Below the pieces are notes generated by a model. It was not told where the DNA came from and ran no database searches. It saw only the letters and a program-made list of their open reading frames with translations. From Limnothrix sp. BL-A-16 (GTDB lineage: Bacteria > Cyanobacteriota > Cyanobacteriia > CACIAM-69d): 64,000 nucleotides of DNA. Shown piece by piece: positions 8,573-19,126 of this stretch (positions are counted from its first letter, which is position 1; each line of letters begins with the position of its first letter). The position numbers were made by a program, and so were the translations under genes. The stretch lies in assembly GCA_041937175.2 (NCBI GenBank), contig CP166615.1, positions 4,192,001 to 4,256,000 on the forward strand. Direction: 5' to 3'.

Positions 8573-9575
8573 GGATAAAACGCAGCCCGCTGATGAGGGG
8601 TTCCCCATTGGGCGATCGCTCGATCGGGGCATGGGGCCCCGATGGGGTTGGGTAAAACAGCTCGACTGAACAAAGGGGTGCGGGTTGTTCCTCGCCCGCA
8701 TCGTAGGGACAGCCATAGTACACCAGGCGATCGGCCAGGCGCTGGGTTTCGATCGGGCGAAAAGTTTGATTATTGTTCAAAATTCTGACGTAAGCTAAGG
8801 CGGCCACTTGGGAGATGGGCCGATAAAACGACAGGCTGTAGCTAACGGATTCCGTGCCATTCCGCTGTGCAATCAGAGACAGGTTGTTAAAGGGATAAAT
8901 CCGCACCGAGCAGGGGGAGGTCACGTCATAAAACCCGCAGGCTCGATTCAGCGCTTGCACCTGTTGAAAGCGCGATCGATTGAAGGGTTGGCGACTGAAG
9001 CGCCCATCTTCCACATCCTCCAGAGGCTCCACTGGCTCAGACGCGGGTAAACCCGCCGGGGCAAGGGCTTCCGAAGTGATTTCCCATAGTTCCGCACGAC
9101 AAGGGGCCGCCTCCCGATCGCAATTCTGGGGACGCTGGCCGTCGGGGCCCACCTGATAGATGTGGGATCCTTCAATGAAAAGCCCCTGTTGATCATTCAG
9201 CCAAAGGGGATTGGAAAAGCGGCCGCGATACTCAATGGCGCGGTTGGCCGTGCCGTGGCGCTCAACGGTGGTGGTGCCATCTGGCTCGATCGTGATCGAT
9301 TGCCCCGTGCCGCTGCCTCCCAAAAAGTTGAAGGAGCGCCGGCCAATGAAGGGAAGTGCGCTGGGCGCTTGGCTCAAGGGGCCCAGCCGATCAGTAACGG
9401 GGGCGCGGGGAAACGCGGTGACCCTGGGGTGGCGGGGGGCGATCGCGCTTTGCATCCCAATGGCCTGAGCGGGCCCGGAACTCCACAAGCCCCACAACAG
9501 GGCGATCGGGAAAGCAAGACTTCGGCCCCGTTGGCTCCAAACCGATAGTGCGCCGTGATTCAACAAGAGATTCAT
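8559..9575 (-). CDS. exported hypothetical protein
   Basis: Long ORF with a hydrophobic signal-like segment ending in PAQA; ATG at 9575. Confidence 0.65.
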   Translation of the reverse strand: MNLLLNHGALSVWSQRGRSLAFPIALLWGLWSSGPAQAIGMQSAIAPRHPRVTAFPRAPVTDRLGPLSQAPSALPFIGRRSFNFLGGSGTGQSITIEPDGTTTVERHGTANRAIEYRGRFSNPLWLNDQQGLFIEGSHIYQVGPDGQRPQNCDREAAPCRAELWEITSEALAPAGLPASEPVEPLEDVEDGRFSRQPFNRSRFQQVQALNRACGFYDVTSPCSVRIYPFNNLSLIAQRNGTESVSYSLSFYRPISQVAALAYVRILNNNQTFRPIETQRLADRLVYYGCPYDAGEEQPAPLCSVELFYPTPSGPHAPIERSPNGEPLISGLRFIQSSP

Positions 9576-9711
9576 AAATCGATGATGGCTTGGACAGCGG
9601 GCAGCCGGAAGAAGCAGGGGACGATCGCCCGGTCTGGCCCTAGGGTTGGACAGGATCTCCCGCAAGATGATCGAGCGTTTCGAGCGATCGCCCTTCAGCC
9701 CGCCCAGATCC

Positions 9712-11433
9712 TTAGCCCGCCAGCGATCGCTGCGGTTGTCCCCAAATCACCCGCTCATGCTTGTAAATCACTAGCCCCGGCTTAGCACCCTTGGGTTTGT
9801 ATAGATGCCGGGGTTCCGTGTAAATCACGGGAACCTGTTCTGCCTGCCGGGCCCGGCTGTAGCGGGCGGCCAGATCGGCGGTAAATTGCAAATCGGTGCG
9901 ATCGGGCTGGGATCCCGCTGGCATCCGCAACAGCACGTGGCTGCCGGGAATTTCCTGGGCATGGAACCACAAATCATAGGCCGTGGCCAACCGGAAGGAG
10001 AGCCGATCGTTCTGGGCGTTGTTGCGGCCAATCCAGACTTCATAGCCGCTGGGGGTGGTGAATTTGCGAAACCCTTCGCCGGGGTCGGGCAAGGCGCGAC
10101 GATAGCCCGGATCCTCCAGGTAGCCTTCCTGCACCAGCTCATCGCGAATTTCTTCGAGGGCGCTCAGATCCTCGGGGCCACCGTAGTCCTCAAATTCACT
10201 GAGGCTTTCTTCCACCTCTTCCAGGTAGGCCAATTCACTGCGGGCGGCCATCAGCAACGGTTCGATCGCGCTGCGGGAGCGATCGAGCTTTTGATATTTT
10301 TTGTAGAGCTGTTGGGCGTTTTGCACGCCGGTTTTCGCCGGATCCAGGGCGATGGTCACGGGTGCGCCGGTCTCGAAGTCTGGCAGGCTGATCCGATCCA
10401 TTCCCGGTTGCCAATGGTGTAGATGGGCCATCAACAGATCAGCCCGCGATCGAAACTGGTCGGCCTCGGCGGATTGGGCCAGGCGATCGGTAAATTCTTC
10501 AACTTTTTTGCGCAGCTTGCTGGCGAGGTTGCTCACCTTTTGCCGCAACTGTTGCCAAAGCCGCTGGAAGGCTTCCCGATCGAGCCGATCGCCATAGTAG
10601 CGATCGAGCAAGTCTTGCACCGACGGGGCCGATCGCTGCTCCTGCCACCCCAGCACGTCGTAACCCGCTTCCGTCCAACCGGGCGCAAAGTCTCCCATCT
10701 CCAGCCGTTTCAGCCAGCCTTGCCAAACCTCAAACAGCCGCTGCTGGGTTGTTAGCTCCAGGGTTTCCACCGGTTTCTGAGGGTCAATTTCGGCCGCAGT
10801 CAGCAGGCTTTTAACCAACGGCGAGCTGAGGCCGCGATAGGTTTTCAGCAGTTGGCGACTGATGGGGCCAGGAATCAAGGAAACCCGCTCCCACCAGCGA
10901 TCGAAGGATTCGGTTGGTTGCGGTGTGGCCTCCGTCAGTTTGGGCGGCGCACTGTAGCGATCGCCCGTTTGAATCGGCCGCACCCGCGACTGCTGGGCGC
11001 TCACCTGGTGGGCTGCGGTGACGATCGTGCCGTCCGCCGTGGTCAGAATGGCATTGCTGTACTTGCCCATAATTTCCACGTACAGGTGCCACAGGGGCGG
11101 ATCGCCCGGCCGCTTGGCAAATTGCAAATCCACCACCCGCTCCCAGGGGGCCACCTCCGCAAAAGATACCAGGGCCAATCCTTTCAGTTGATGCAACAAC
11201 TGTTGGCTAAAGGTGAAGGTGTCCGGTTCCTTGGGCGGGGCGGCCCCGATGCAAAGCCGCGCCGCCTGGGGATGCCAGGAAATGCCCAACCAACCGCGCC
11301 GCTCGATCGTCCGCAGGCAAAGGTAAACCGTGAAGCGATCGCGCTGAAAAACCTGTTCCAAGCGGGCCGGTAACCAGTCGCGCCGCAGTTCCCACAAACT
11401 CGCTATCAGGGTGGTGTAATCAACGGGTTGCAT
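9712..11433 (-). CDS. rqcH: NFACT/RqcH (FbpA) family ribosome quality-control protein
   Basis: LYVEIMGKYSN, IGRNNAQND, WFHAQEIPGSHV, KPKGAKPG. Confidence 0.92.
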   Translation of the reverse strand: MQPVDYTTLIASLWELRRDWLPARLEQVFQRDRFTVYLCLRTIERRGWLGISWHPQAARLCIGAAPPKEPDTFTFSQQLLHQLKGLALVSFAEVAPWERVVDLQFAKRPGDPPLWHLYVEIMGKYSNAILTTADGTIVTAAHQVSAQQSRVRPIQTGDRYSAPPKLTEATPQPTESFDRWWERVSLIPGPISRQLLKTYRGLSSPLVKSLLTAAEIDPQKPVETLELTTQQRLFEVWQGWLKRLEMGDFAPGWTEAGYDVLGWQEQRSAPSVQDLLDRYYGDRLDREAFQRLWQQLRQKVSNLASKLRKKVEEFTDRLAQSAEADQFRSRADLLMAHLHHWQPGMDRISLPDFETGAPVTIALDPAKTGVQNAQQLYKKYQKLDRSRSAIEPLLMAARSELAYLEEVEESLSEFEDYGGPEDLSALEEIRDELVQEGYLEDPGYRRALPDPGEGFRKFTTPSGYEVWIGRNNAQNDRLSFRLATAYDLWFHAQEIPGSHVLLRMPAGSQPDRTDLQFTADLAARYSRARQAEQVPVIYTEPRHLYKPKGAKPGLVIYKHERVIWGQPQRSLAG

Positions 11434-11508
11434 GGGTCACTCTCGGGCGGGCAACGGATCAAGCGGCGGGTCAGGGCGATCGGGACGATCGGGCCAATAG
11501 GCAAACCA

Positions 11509-12624
11509 CTAGGGTTTGGGACGGCGGTAGAAGGGGCGATTGACCACCTCAGCGGTGATGAACTTATTCCGAATTTGCACCTCCAAGGCTTGCCCCACTT
11601 CCGCCAGGGCCGTGGGCACGTAGGCCAGGGCGATCGGGCGACTGAGGGTGGGGGAAAATGTCCCGCTGGTGACGATGCCCACCGGCTCACCCTGGTACAG
11701 AACTGGGTAATCGTGGCGGGCAATGTGGCGATCGGGCAAGCTCAACCCCACCAGGCGGCGGGGAATGCCGGCCGCCTGCTGAGCCTCCAAGGCCGCCCGC
11801 CCGATGAAGTCTCCCTTGCGATCAAAATGAACTAACCAATCAAGACTGCCTTCAAAGGGCGTGGTTTCCTCGGTGATGTCCTGGCCATAGAGGGCCATGG
11901 CCGCTTCCAAACGCAGGGTATCGCGGGATCCCAGCCCACAAGGAGCCACGCCCGCTTCAATTAACCGTTGCCAAAACCGTTGGCCCGCCTCCAGATCCAG
12001 CATGATTTCAAAACCATCTTCACCGGTGTAGCCGGTGCGGGCCATGAAAACGGGATCGGTTCCCAGGTGCGTGCGAATCGATCGATAGAACTTCAATTGT
12101 CCCAAATCCGCCGTGATCCAGGGTTGTAAGGTGGCGGCGGCGGCTGGGCCCTGCACCGCAATCAGGATTTGCTCGGCCGATTGATCAATAACCGTCACCG
12201 CCGGATCCAGGTGAGCTGCTAACCAAGCCAGATCCTTGGCCGTGGTGGCAGCGTTAATGATCACCGTGGCCCGATCGATCCCTTCGCTATAGACAATCAA
12301 GTCATCCACAATGCCGCCCTGTTCGTTCAGCAGCACCGTATATTTCCCTTGCCCCGGCTGGAGCGGGCTGAGATCGCTGGGCACTAACTGCCCTAAGGCT
12401 GTTTGCCAGGGGCCTTGCAGTGCCAGCTTGCCCATGTGAGAAATGTCAAAACAGCCCACACCCGATCGCACGGTTCGGTGCTCTTCCATCAGGCCAGCAA
12501 ACTGCACTGGCATTTCCCAACCGCCAAAGCCGGTCATTTTTGCGCCCAACTCAACACAGGCGGCAAACAAGGGGGTACGGCGTAGCTCGATCGCGCTCAA
12601 GGGATTGTCCTCAAGGTTAAACAA
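11509..12624 (-). CDS. gcvT: glycine cleavage system T protein
   Basis: RRTPL, FGGWEMPVQF, FDISHMG, RTGYTGEDGFE, RDTLRLEA. Confidence 0.97.
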   Translation of the reverse strand: MFNLEDNPLSAIELRRTPLFAACVELGAKMTGFGGWEMPVQFAGLMEEHRTVRSGVGCFDISHMGKLALQGPWQTALGQLVPSDLSPLQPGQGKYTVLLNEQGGIVDDLIVYSEGIDRATVIINAATTAKDLAWLAAHLDPAVTVIDQSAEQILIAVQGPAAAATLQPWITADLGQLKFYRSIRTHLGTDPVFMARTGYTGEDGFEIMLDLEAGQRFWQRLIEAGVAPCGLGSRDTLRLEAAMALYGQDITEETTPFEGSLDWLVHFDRKGDFIGRAALEAQQAAGIPRRLVGLSLPDRHIARHDYPVLYQGEPVGIVTSGTFSPTLSRPIALAYVPTALAEVGQALEVQIRNKFITAEVVNRPFYRRPKP

Positions 12625-12666
12625 TTGGGGCCTTTCTCATTATGCCGGGTTGCTCACGCCGCCATC

Positions 12667-12700
12667 AAAAAGGAGCGATCCCATGATCTGGATCGCTCCT
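12667..12700 (-). terminator. intrinsic terminator downstream of rpoC2
   Basis: Minus strand aggagcgatcc-loop-ggatcgctcct followed by tttt. Confidence 0.65.
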
Positions 12701-12833
12701 CGGAATGACGCTTAATTTAGGATGCATCTAATCAGGATGCATCAAGCAGCTGTATCCAATTGCTGAGGTTGGGCGCTGCCCCTATGACCCGCTCCCCGAT
12801 CGAGCCGAGCGATCGGGTCACAGGGCTGAACAC

Positions 12834-15800
12834 CTAGTCTTCCTCATCGAAATCTTCACCGCCGTCGGTGTAGCTCTCTTCCTCTTCCTCATCGCCGCTG
12901 CTGGTGTAGCGGCTGCCGTAGCTGCCACCAATGTCCTCATCATCAATGATCGCCGGGTTGCGACTCAGACCATAGGCCGCCTCAGCTCCCAGGTCGATCG
13001 TCCCTTCCAGCTCATAGGCCCGCGCCGTGCGATCGTCCAGCACCACATCGGCCAGTTCCCCATCGTCGCCGTAGAGCGGATCGGTCAGGGTATAGCCCGT
13101 GGTTTCGTAGGGGCTAATTTCATCCACCAGGCCTTCTTCGTAGGCATTGAAGCCCGTACCCGCCGGAATCAGACGACCGATGATCACGTTTTCCTTCAGG
13201 CCACGCAGCCAATCGGATTTGCCCTCGATCGCCGCCTCCGTCAGCACCCGCGTGGTTTCTTGGAAACTGGCCGCCGAAATGAAGCTGTCCGTGTTCAGCG
13301 AAGCCTTGGTGATCCCCAACAGCACGGGCGTGTAAAGGGCCGGAGCCGCGCCGGTAATTGACATGGCTTCATTCACCCGCTCCACCTGTTGCAGTTCCAC
13401 CAACTCACCCGGCAGCATCGTCGTATCGCCACCGTCATCGATCCGCACCTTGGAGGTCATCTGCCGCACAATCACTTCAATGTGCTTGTCGGAGATTTCA
13501 ATTCCCTGGGATTGGTACACGGACTGTACTTCATCCACCAGGAACTTCTGCACCCGCTGCAAGCTGTCGAGGGCCGCTTCGTAGGGCGACATCAACTCCG
13601 CGTAGTAGTTGTAGAAGATTTCCAGGGTTTCGTGGGGGTTGGCCGGGCCGTCGGTCAGCGGTTCCGCCACGTTCGCCGCTTGACCATCGACCACCTGCAC
13701 GTTTTGGCCGGCTCGAATCGGGTATTCCGCCAAGGTGCCATCGTTCTCGATGATCTTGACTTCCACCGTGTCATCTTCCCCATAGACCACTTGGGCCGTA
13801 CCGGGACGACGGGCCAACACGCAGGCTTCCTTGGGCTTCCGGGCTTCCAGCAGTTCCTCAATCCGGGGCAGACCCTGGATGATGTCTCCGGTTTTGGTGC
13901 GCTCAAACACCAGCAGCACGAGGTTGTCACCCCGCTGCACCAGGTCGCCATCATCAATGTGCAACACGGCTTGGGAGGACACGCGGTAGGGGCGTGCCAC
14001 CCGCAACACCACGTGATCTTCCCCGATCGACAGCACTTGGCCCGATTCGGTGCTGACCTGACCGGGGGCAATTTCGCTCTTGCCCGCCACCACCAGGTCA
14101 TCCACCTTCACGGTCGGGGCTTCTTGGGTTGCCACCGTCAACTGATCGGTGGGGCGCATGATCAACAACCGTCGCAGGCTTTCACCATCGCCGCGAATAC
14201 CGCGCACTTCCCCGCCGTCTTTGGCTTGGATTTCGGTGCGGGCCACCACGGCTCCCGGATCCACCCGATCGCCGTCCTTCACCAGCAGCCGCGTGTGGGT
14301 GCTGCCCTGGGTCGGATCCGCCGACACGTCCCGCCGCACCACCAGGGATTCCAAAATCACCAGTTGCAGGCGCTTGATCTCTTCGTCCGTGGGATCATCC
14401 ACCAGTTCAATATCGGCGGCCAACTGCGGCGTACCCTTATCCATTTCCAGGATCAGTTGGGTGCGCAGCAGGTCAATCCCTTCCACGGACTTAACCCGCT
14501 CACCGTCCTTGAACGGAATCCGCTGAACGGCCCGCAGTTTGATCGATCGCCCGGCTTCTTCGGCGGAATCTTGGCTCGGCACGGCCGGCTCATCGGGCAC
14601 GGTGAACTCAATCACCGGCCGCAGCAACAGCCCGGACCCTTCCGGCGTTTCCACATATTCCACACAAACCAGCTCTTCGGCCGGCAAGCCCGGAATGATG
14701 TCTTGGCCGGGGGTGATGATTTGCCCATCGACGGTGGCCACCAAGTCCGGATCATCGACCATCCGCAGATCACCGGGCTTGATCGAAATTTCCCGCAGAA
14801 TGTCGTTCTTTTGGATCACTTCCACGATCCCGGCGCTCTGGCAGAAGATGTCTTTGACGATCTCCGTGCCCGCTTCCACATATTGACCGTCTTCCACCAT
14901 CAACAGGGAGATGTCCTTGTTGATTTCGTGGGTTTCTTCGGGAATCCAAAGCAGCGTGCCCCCTTGGAGCACCTCATAGCCCTGTTTGCCCTTGGCTTTT
15001 TTGGCCACTTCCACGCCGGAGTAGCGCAGAATCCCGCCGGTGCTGGTGCGGTAGTGATCGTCAATCAGCTCGGCCACCACTTGGTTGTGTAACACCTTGG
15101 TGCCGGGGGTGGCAATCAGGGAGAACAGTTGTCCCCGATCGGTCTCAATCAGGTAGTGATCACGACCTTGGGCGCTTTCGGTGCGGATCCGAGCTTCGTT
15201 CAGCAACACCGAGGCAGTGATGATTTCAATTTCCCGGCTGCCGGCCTTGCCGTCGGCCTCGGCCACCTCGATCGGGAGGCGCACCACCCCGCCATGTTCC
15301 GTCACTAGGCGAGTTTCCGCCAAAATGCTGTTGGCTTCTACCACGCTGCCATTTTTGACCGTGGGTTCAGCTCCCGGCGGCAGGTTGTAGACTTCCCCGG
15401 ACAGCACCCAAATCAGCCCACTCCGTTGAGCAATCCGGGTGGTGTTGCCCTGGCGGTCTTTTTTCTCTTCGGGATAGACTCCATCGAACAGCACCTCACC
15501 GGCCATGTCCGAAGGCACGTCTTTGGTGGCTTTTTCCGTGGATTTCCGGGTGGTGCGCCCTTGGGCTTGCACCTCCACCAGCATTTGGCCCAGCTTCACT
15601 TCCTCGCCGCTGCGGGCAATCAGGATCGAACCTTGGCTGGCTTCAAAGGTTTCCTTTTTGCCGCTGGCTTCCACGGTGAGTTTGGTAGGCGCTTCCAGCA
15701 ACAGGGCATCTTCCCCGTGGCGGGTACGGAAGGAGCGGGCCCGTAGATTTTTGGGATATTTGACCACCCCATCAAAGGGCGCACGAATTTGACCGGCCAC

Positions 15801-16853
15801 TTCCCCGGTGAAAACACCCCCCGTGTGGAAGGTGCGCATGGTGAGCTGGGTCCCGGGTTCCCCGATCGACTGGGCGGCAATAATTCCCACCGCTTCGCCC
15901 ATGTCCACCATGCTGCCGTGGGCCAAGCTCCAGCCATAGCACTTTTGGCAGACCGATCGGGCCGCTTCACAGGTCAGGGGCGATCGGACGATCACCTCTT
16001 CCACGCCCGCCGCTTCGATTTCCTTGGCCAACTCATCGGAAATGTCTTGGTTGCGGGCCGCCAGCACCTCGCCGGTTTGCGGATGAACCACATCCACCGC
16101 CACCACCCGACCCAACAGCCGGGAGCTAATCGGAATCAGGATTTTTTCATCGTCGGTCATGGCCCGAACCGGAATTCCCCGCTCCGTGCCGCAATCGGTT
16201 TCCCGAATGATCGTGTCCTGGGACACGTCCACCAATCGGCGCGTTAGGTAGCCGGAGTCCGCCGTGCGCAATGCCGTGTCCACCAACCCCTTACGGGCCC
16301 CGTAGGAGGAAATGATGTATTCGGTAACGGTCAGCCCTTCGCGGAAGTTGGTTTTAATCGGCAAGTCGATGATTTCCCCTTGGGGGTTGGCCATCAAGCC
16401 GCGCATCCCCACCAACTGGCGCACCTGGGACAGGTTCCCCCGTGCCCCGGAGAAGGCCATCATGTAGACAGAGTTCAGGGGATCGTTGGCCTCGAAGTTG
16501 CGTACCACCTCATCTTTCAGGTTTTCGCTGGTGCCGTTCCAGGTGTCGATTACCTTTTGGAAGCGCTCCACTTCCGTGATTTCCCCGCGCACATATTTGG
16601 TTTCCGTGCGGCGGATTTCCTCTTCTGCGGCTTCCAGTAGTTGGCGCTTAATGGGCGGAATTTGCAGGTCATCGACGCTAATCGAGACCCCGGCGCGGGT
16701 GGCGAATTTAAAGCCCAGATCCTTCAGGGCATCGGCGAGCTGGGAGGTGCGGGCCGTCCCATAGTGGGTAAAGGCCCAGGCAATCAGGTTCCGCAGTTGA
16801 CCCTTACGGATCACGCGGTTGTAAAAGATGGGTTGGGTCGGTTGGTCAGCCAT
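12834..16853 (-). CDS. rpoC2: RNA polymerase beta' C-terminal subunit with large SI3 insertion
   Basis: [55 protein letters not shown]. Confidence 0.99.
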   Translation of the reverse strand: MADQPTQPIFYNRVIRKGQLRNLIAWAFTHYGTARTSQLADALKDLGFKFATRAGVSISVDDLQIPPIKRQLLEAAEEEIRRTETKYVRGEITEVERFQKVIDTWNGTSENLKDEVVRNFEANDPLNSVYMMAFSGARGNLSQVRQLVGMRGLMANPQGEIIDLPIKTNFREGLTVTEYIISSYGARKGLVDTALRTADSGYLTRRLVDVSQDTIIRETDCGTERGIPVRAMTDDEKILIPISSRLLGRVVAVDVVHPQTGEVLAARNQDISDELAKEIEAAGVEEVIVRSPLTCEAARSVCQKCYGWSLAHGSMVDMGEAVGIIAAQSIGEPGTQLTMRTFHTGGVFTGEVAGQIRAPFDGVVKYPKNLRARSFRTRHGEDALLLEAPTKLTVEASGKKETFEASQGSILIARSGEEVKLGQMLVEVQAQGRTTRKSTEKATKDVPSDMAGEVLFDGVYPEEKKDRQGNTTRIAQRSGLIWVLSGEVYNLPPGAEPTVKNGSVVEANSILAETRLVTEHGGVVRLPIEVAEADGKAGSREIEIITASVLLNEARIRTESAQGRDHYLIETDRGQLFSLIATPGTKVLHNQVVAELIDDHYRTSTGGILRYSGVEVAKKAKGKQGYEVLQGGTLLWIPEETHEINKDISLLMVEDGQYVEAGTEIVKDIFCQSAGIVEVIQKNDILREISIKPGDLRMVDDPDLVATVDGQIITPGQDIIPGLPAEELVCVEYVETPEGSGLLLRPVIEFTVPDEPAVPSQDSAEEAGRSIKLRAVQRIPFKDGERVKSVEGIDLLRTQLILEMDKGTPQLAADIELVDDPTDEEIKRLQLVILESLVVRRDVSADPTQGSTHTRLLVKDGDRVDPGAVVARTEIQAKDGGEVRGIRGDGESLRRLLIMRPTDQLTVATQEAPTVKVDDLVVAGKSEIAPGQVSTESGQVLSIGEDHVVLRVARPYRVSSQAVLHIDDGDLVQRGDNLVLLVFERTKTGDIIQGLPRIEELLEARKPKEACVLARRPGTAQVVYGEDDTVEVKIIENDGTLAEYPIRAGQNVQVVDGQAANVAEPLTDGPANPHETLEIFYNYYAELMSPYEAALDSLQRVQKFLVDEVQSVYQSQGIEISDKHIEVIVRQMTSKVRIDDGGDTTMLPGELVELQQVERVNEAMSITGAAPALYTPVLLGITKASLNTDSFISAASFQETTRVLTEAAIEGKSDWLRGLKENVIIGRLIPAGTGFNAYEEGLVDEISPYETTGYTLTDPLYGDDGELADVVLDDRTARAYELEGTIDLGAEAAYGLSRNPAIIDDEDIGGSYGSRYTSSGDEEEEESYTDGGEDFDEED

Positions 16854-16948
16854 GATCGGTTCGATCTTGTTGCGGTGATGGGGCCAGGCGGGGAAAGGCG
16901 ATCGCCCCGATCGGGGCCAGGGCCAACGGGGCGATCGCGCAGGCTGGA

Positions 16949-19027
16949 TTAGCCGATGCTGAGGACAGCCTGTTGAATCGTTTGGTTCAGCAAAATGCGA
17001 CCCGGTGTGGTGCGGATATATTGGGTCAGCAGTTCACCATCGCACTCGCGCCGGAGGCTGAGGGGGCGGCGGGTCTTTTTGCCCAGGGTGATGGTGGTGG
17101 CGGTGCTGCCTGCGGGAATCGTCACGGACTCGGCCGGCTGGGCCACCCGAATCGTCACCTGCTCCGGCGTAATCCGAATCACTTGACCCGTGGCCGGCGC
17201 GCTCACGCCGGCCGCCAAGGCCGTGCCTTCGACCACCACATGGCCGTTGTTAATGACGGGGGTTTCACCATTCAGGGACACATCGATGGTGTCTTCGCCC
17301 ACCATCACCCACTGCTCCCCAACTCCCTCGTCATGCTCCACGGGGCCGTTGTATTGCACCCAAACATAGGTATGAAGACCCACCTTGCCCCGATCGTAGG
17401 CGATCGTCGCATCATCCAAGCTGGCAAAGTAGCGCAGCACATCGGCCTTCTGGTTCGGATTTTCGGCCGTCAGGTAGTAACAGCCCAACACCATGTCTTG
17501 GCTAGGGGTGATAATCGGGCGACCCGTAGCCGGTGACAGCACATTGTTAGAAGCCAACATCAACAAGCGCGCTTCCGCTTGAGCTTCCAAAGATAGGGGC
17601 ACGTGTACCGCCATTTGGTCGCCGTCAAAGTCCGCGTTAAAGGCCGGACAGACCAGCGGGTGCAACTGAATAGCGCGCCCATCCACCAGAATCGGTTCAA
17701 AGGCCTGAATCCCCAACCGGTGCAGGGTCGGAGCGCGGTTCAGCATCACCGGGTGGCCATCAATCACCTCTTCCAGCACATCCCAAACAGCGGGATCGTT
17801 GCGCTGGATCATCTTCTTGGCGGCCTTGATGTTGTTGACCAGACCTTGCTTAATCAGCCGGTGAATCACGAAGGGCTGGAACAGCTCGATCGCCATTTCC
17901 CGAGGCAGACCGCATTGGTGAATCTTCAGATTCGGCCCCACCACGATTACGGAACGGCCGGAGTAGTCCACCCGTTTACCCAGCAGGTTTTGGCGGAACC
18001 GACCCTGTTTCCCTTCAATGATGTCCGACAGGGACTTCAGGGGGCGGTTGTTGGCTCCCACCACTGTTCGACCCCGCCGACCGTTATCGATCAGCGCATC
18101 CACGGCTTCCTGCAACATCCGCTTTTCGTTACGGACGATGATTTCCGGAGCCAGGATCTCTTGCAAACGAGCCAACCGGTTGTTGCGGTTAATCACCCGA
18201 CGATAGAGATCGTTCAAATCCGAGGTGGCAAACCGGCCCCCATCCAACTGCACCATCGGCCGCAGGTCGGGCGGAATCACCGGAATCACATCCAGCACCA
18301 TCCACTCGGCCTTCGCCCCGGTAGCCACAAAGTTGTCAATCACCCGCAGGCGCTTGATCAACTTGGCCCGCTTTTGCCCCTTGGCCGTGGCGATTTCTTC
18401 CCGCAGGCGCTCGGCTTCCTGCTCCAGGGGAATATCCTGCAACAGGCGCTGAATCGCTTCGGCCCCGATGCCCACTTCCACGCCTTCGAGATCCGAATCA
18501 TCGGCGTAGAGCCGATCTTCGATTTCAATCCACTGTTCTTCGCTCAGCAGTTGCTTGTAGCTCAAATCCGCCGCGTTGCCCGGATCAAGCACCACGTAGG
18601 AGTTGAAATACACCACCTGCTCCACATCGCGCAGGGGCATATCCAACAGGATTGCCATGTAACTGGGGATCCCCTTCAGGTACCACACGTGGGTCACCGG
18701 GGCCGCCAGTTTGATGAAGCCCATCCGGTGACGACGCACCCGCGATTCGGTCACTTCCACGCCGCAACGTTCGCAGACAATACCGCGGTGGCGCACCCGC
18801 TTGTATTTGCCACAGTGGCATTCCCAATCCTTGGCGGGGCCAAAAATCCGCTCGCAGAATAGCCCGTCCATTTCGGGCTTCAGGGTGCGGTAGTTGATCG
18901 TTTCGGGCTTGGTCACTTCACCGACGATTTGACCATTGGGCAAGGTACGCTCGCCCCATTGGCGAATCCGCTCGGGCGAGGCGATGCCGATCTTTACGTA
19001 GTCAAAGCGCTGCTTGAGTTTCGACAT
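16949..19027 (-). CDS. rpoC1: RNA polymerase gamma subunit (692 aa, with C-terminal insertion)
   Basis: NADFDGD catalytic motif, zinc finger, [13 protein letters not shown] at 19027. Confidence 0.99.
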   Translation of the reverse strand: MSKLKQRFDYVKIGIASPERIRQWGERTLPNGQIVGEVTKPETINYRTLKPEMDGLFCERIFGPAKDWECHCGKYKRVRHRGIVCERCGVEVTESRVRRHRMGFIKLAAPVTHVWYLKGIPSYMAILLDMPLRDVEQVVYFNSYVVLDPGNAADLSYKQLLSEEQWIEIEDRLYADDSDLEGVEVGIGAEAIQRLLQDIPLEQEAERLREEIATAKGQKRAKLIKRLRVIDNFVATGAKAEWMVLDVIPVIPPDLRPMVQLDGGRFATSDLNDLYRRVINRNNRLARLQEILAPEIIVRNEKRMLQEAVDALIDNGRRGRTVVGANNRPLKSLSDIIEGKQGRFRQNLLGKRVDYSGRSVIVVGPNLKIHQCGLPREMAIELFQPFVIHRLIKQGLVNNIKAAKKMIQRNDPAVWDVLEEVIDGHPVMLNRAPTLHRLGIQAFEPILVDGRAIQLHPLVCPAFNADFDGDQMAVHVPLSLEAQAEARLLMLASNNVLSPATGRPIITPSQDMVLGCYYLTAENPNQKADVLRYFASLDDATIAYDRGKVGLHTYVWVQYNGPVEHDEGVGEQWVMVGEDTIDVSLNGETPVINNGHVVVEGTALAAGVSAPATGQVIRITPEQVTIRVAQPAESVTIPAGSTATTITLGKKTRRPLSLRRECDGELLTQYIRTTPGRILLNQTIQQAVLSIG

Positions 19028-19126
19028 GGTTGTTCGGTGACGGTGGGCAATCAGCAGGCAAACGGGAATGGGTCGATCGCCCCAGAGAAGCAATTAAGGG
19101 GGCGATCGATCCGCAGAACTCACACC

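Noticed and set aside
13389..15092. Long plus-strand ORF (and similar ORFs opposite thrS, rpoC1, hisD, acsF and rnj)
   Set aside because: Antisense shadows of well-supported GC3-biased genes
13900..15800. Large insertion in RpoC2, considered as a possible intein
   Set aside because: This is the normal cyanobacterial SI3 domain; no intein terminal motifs
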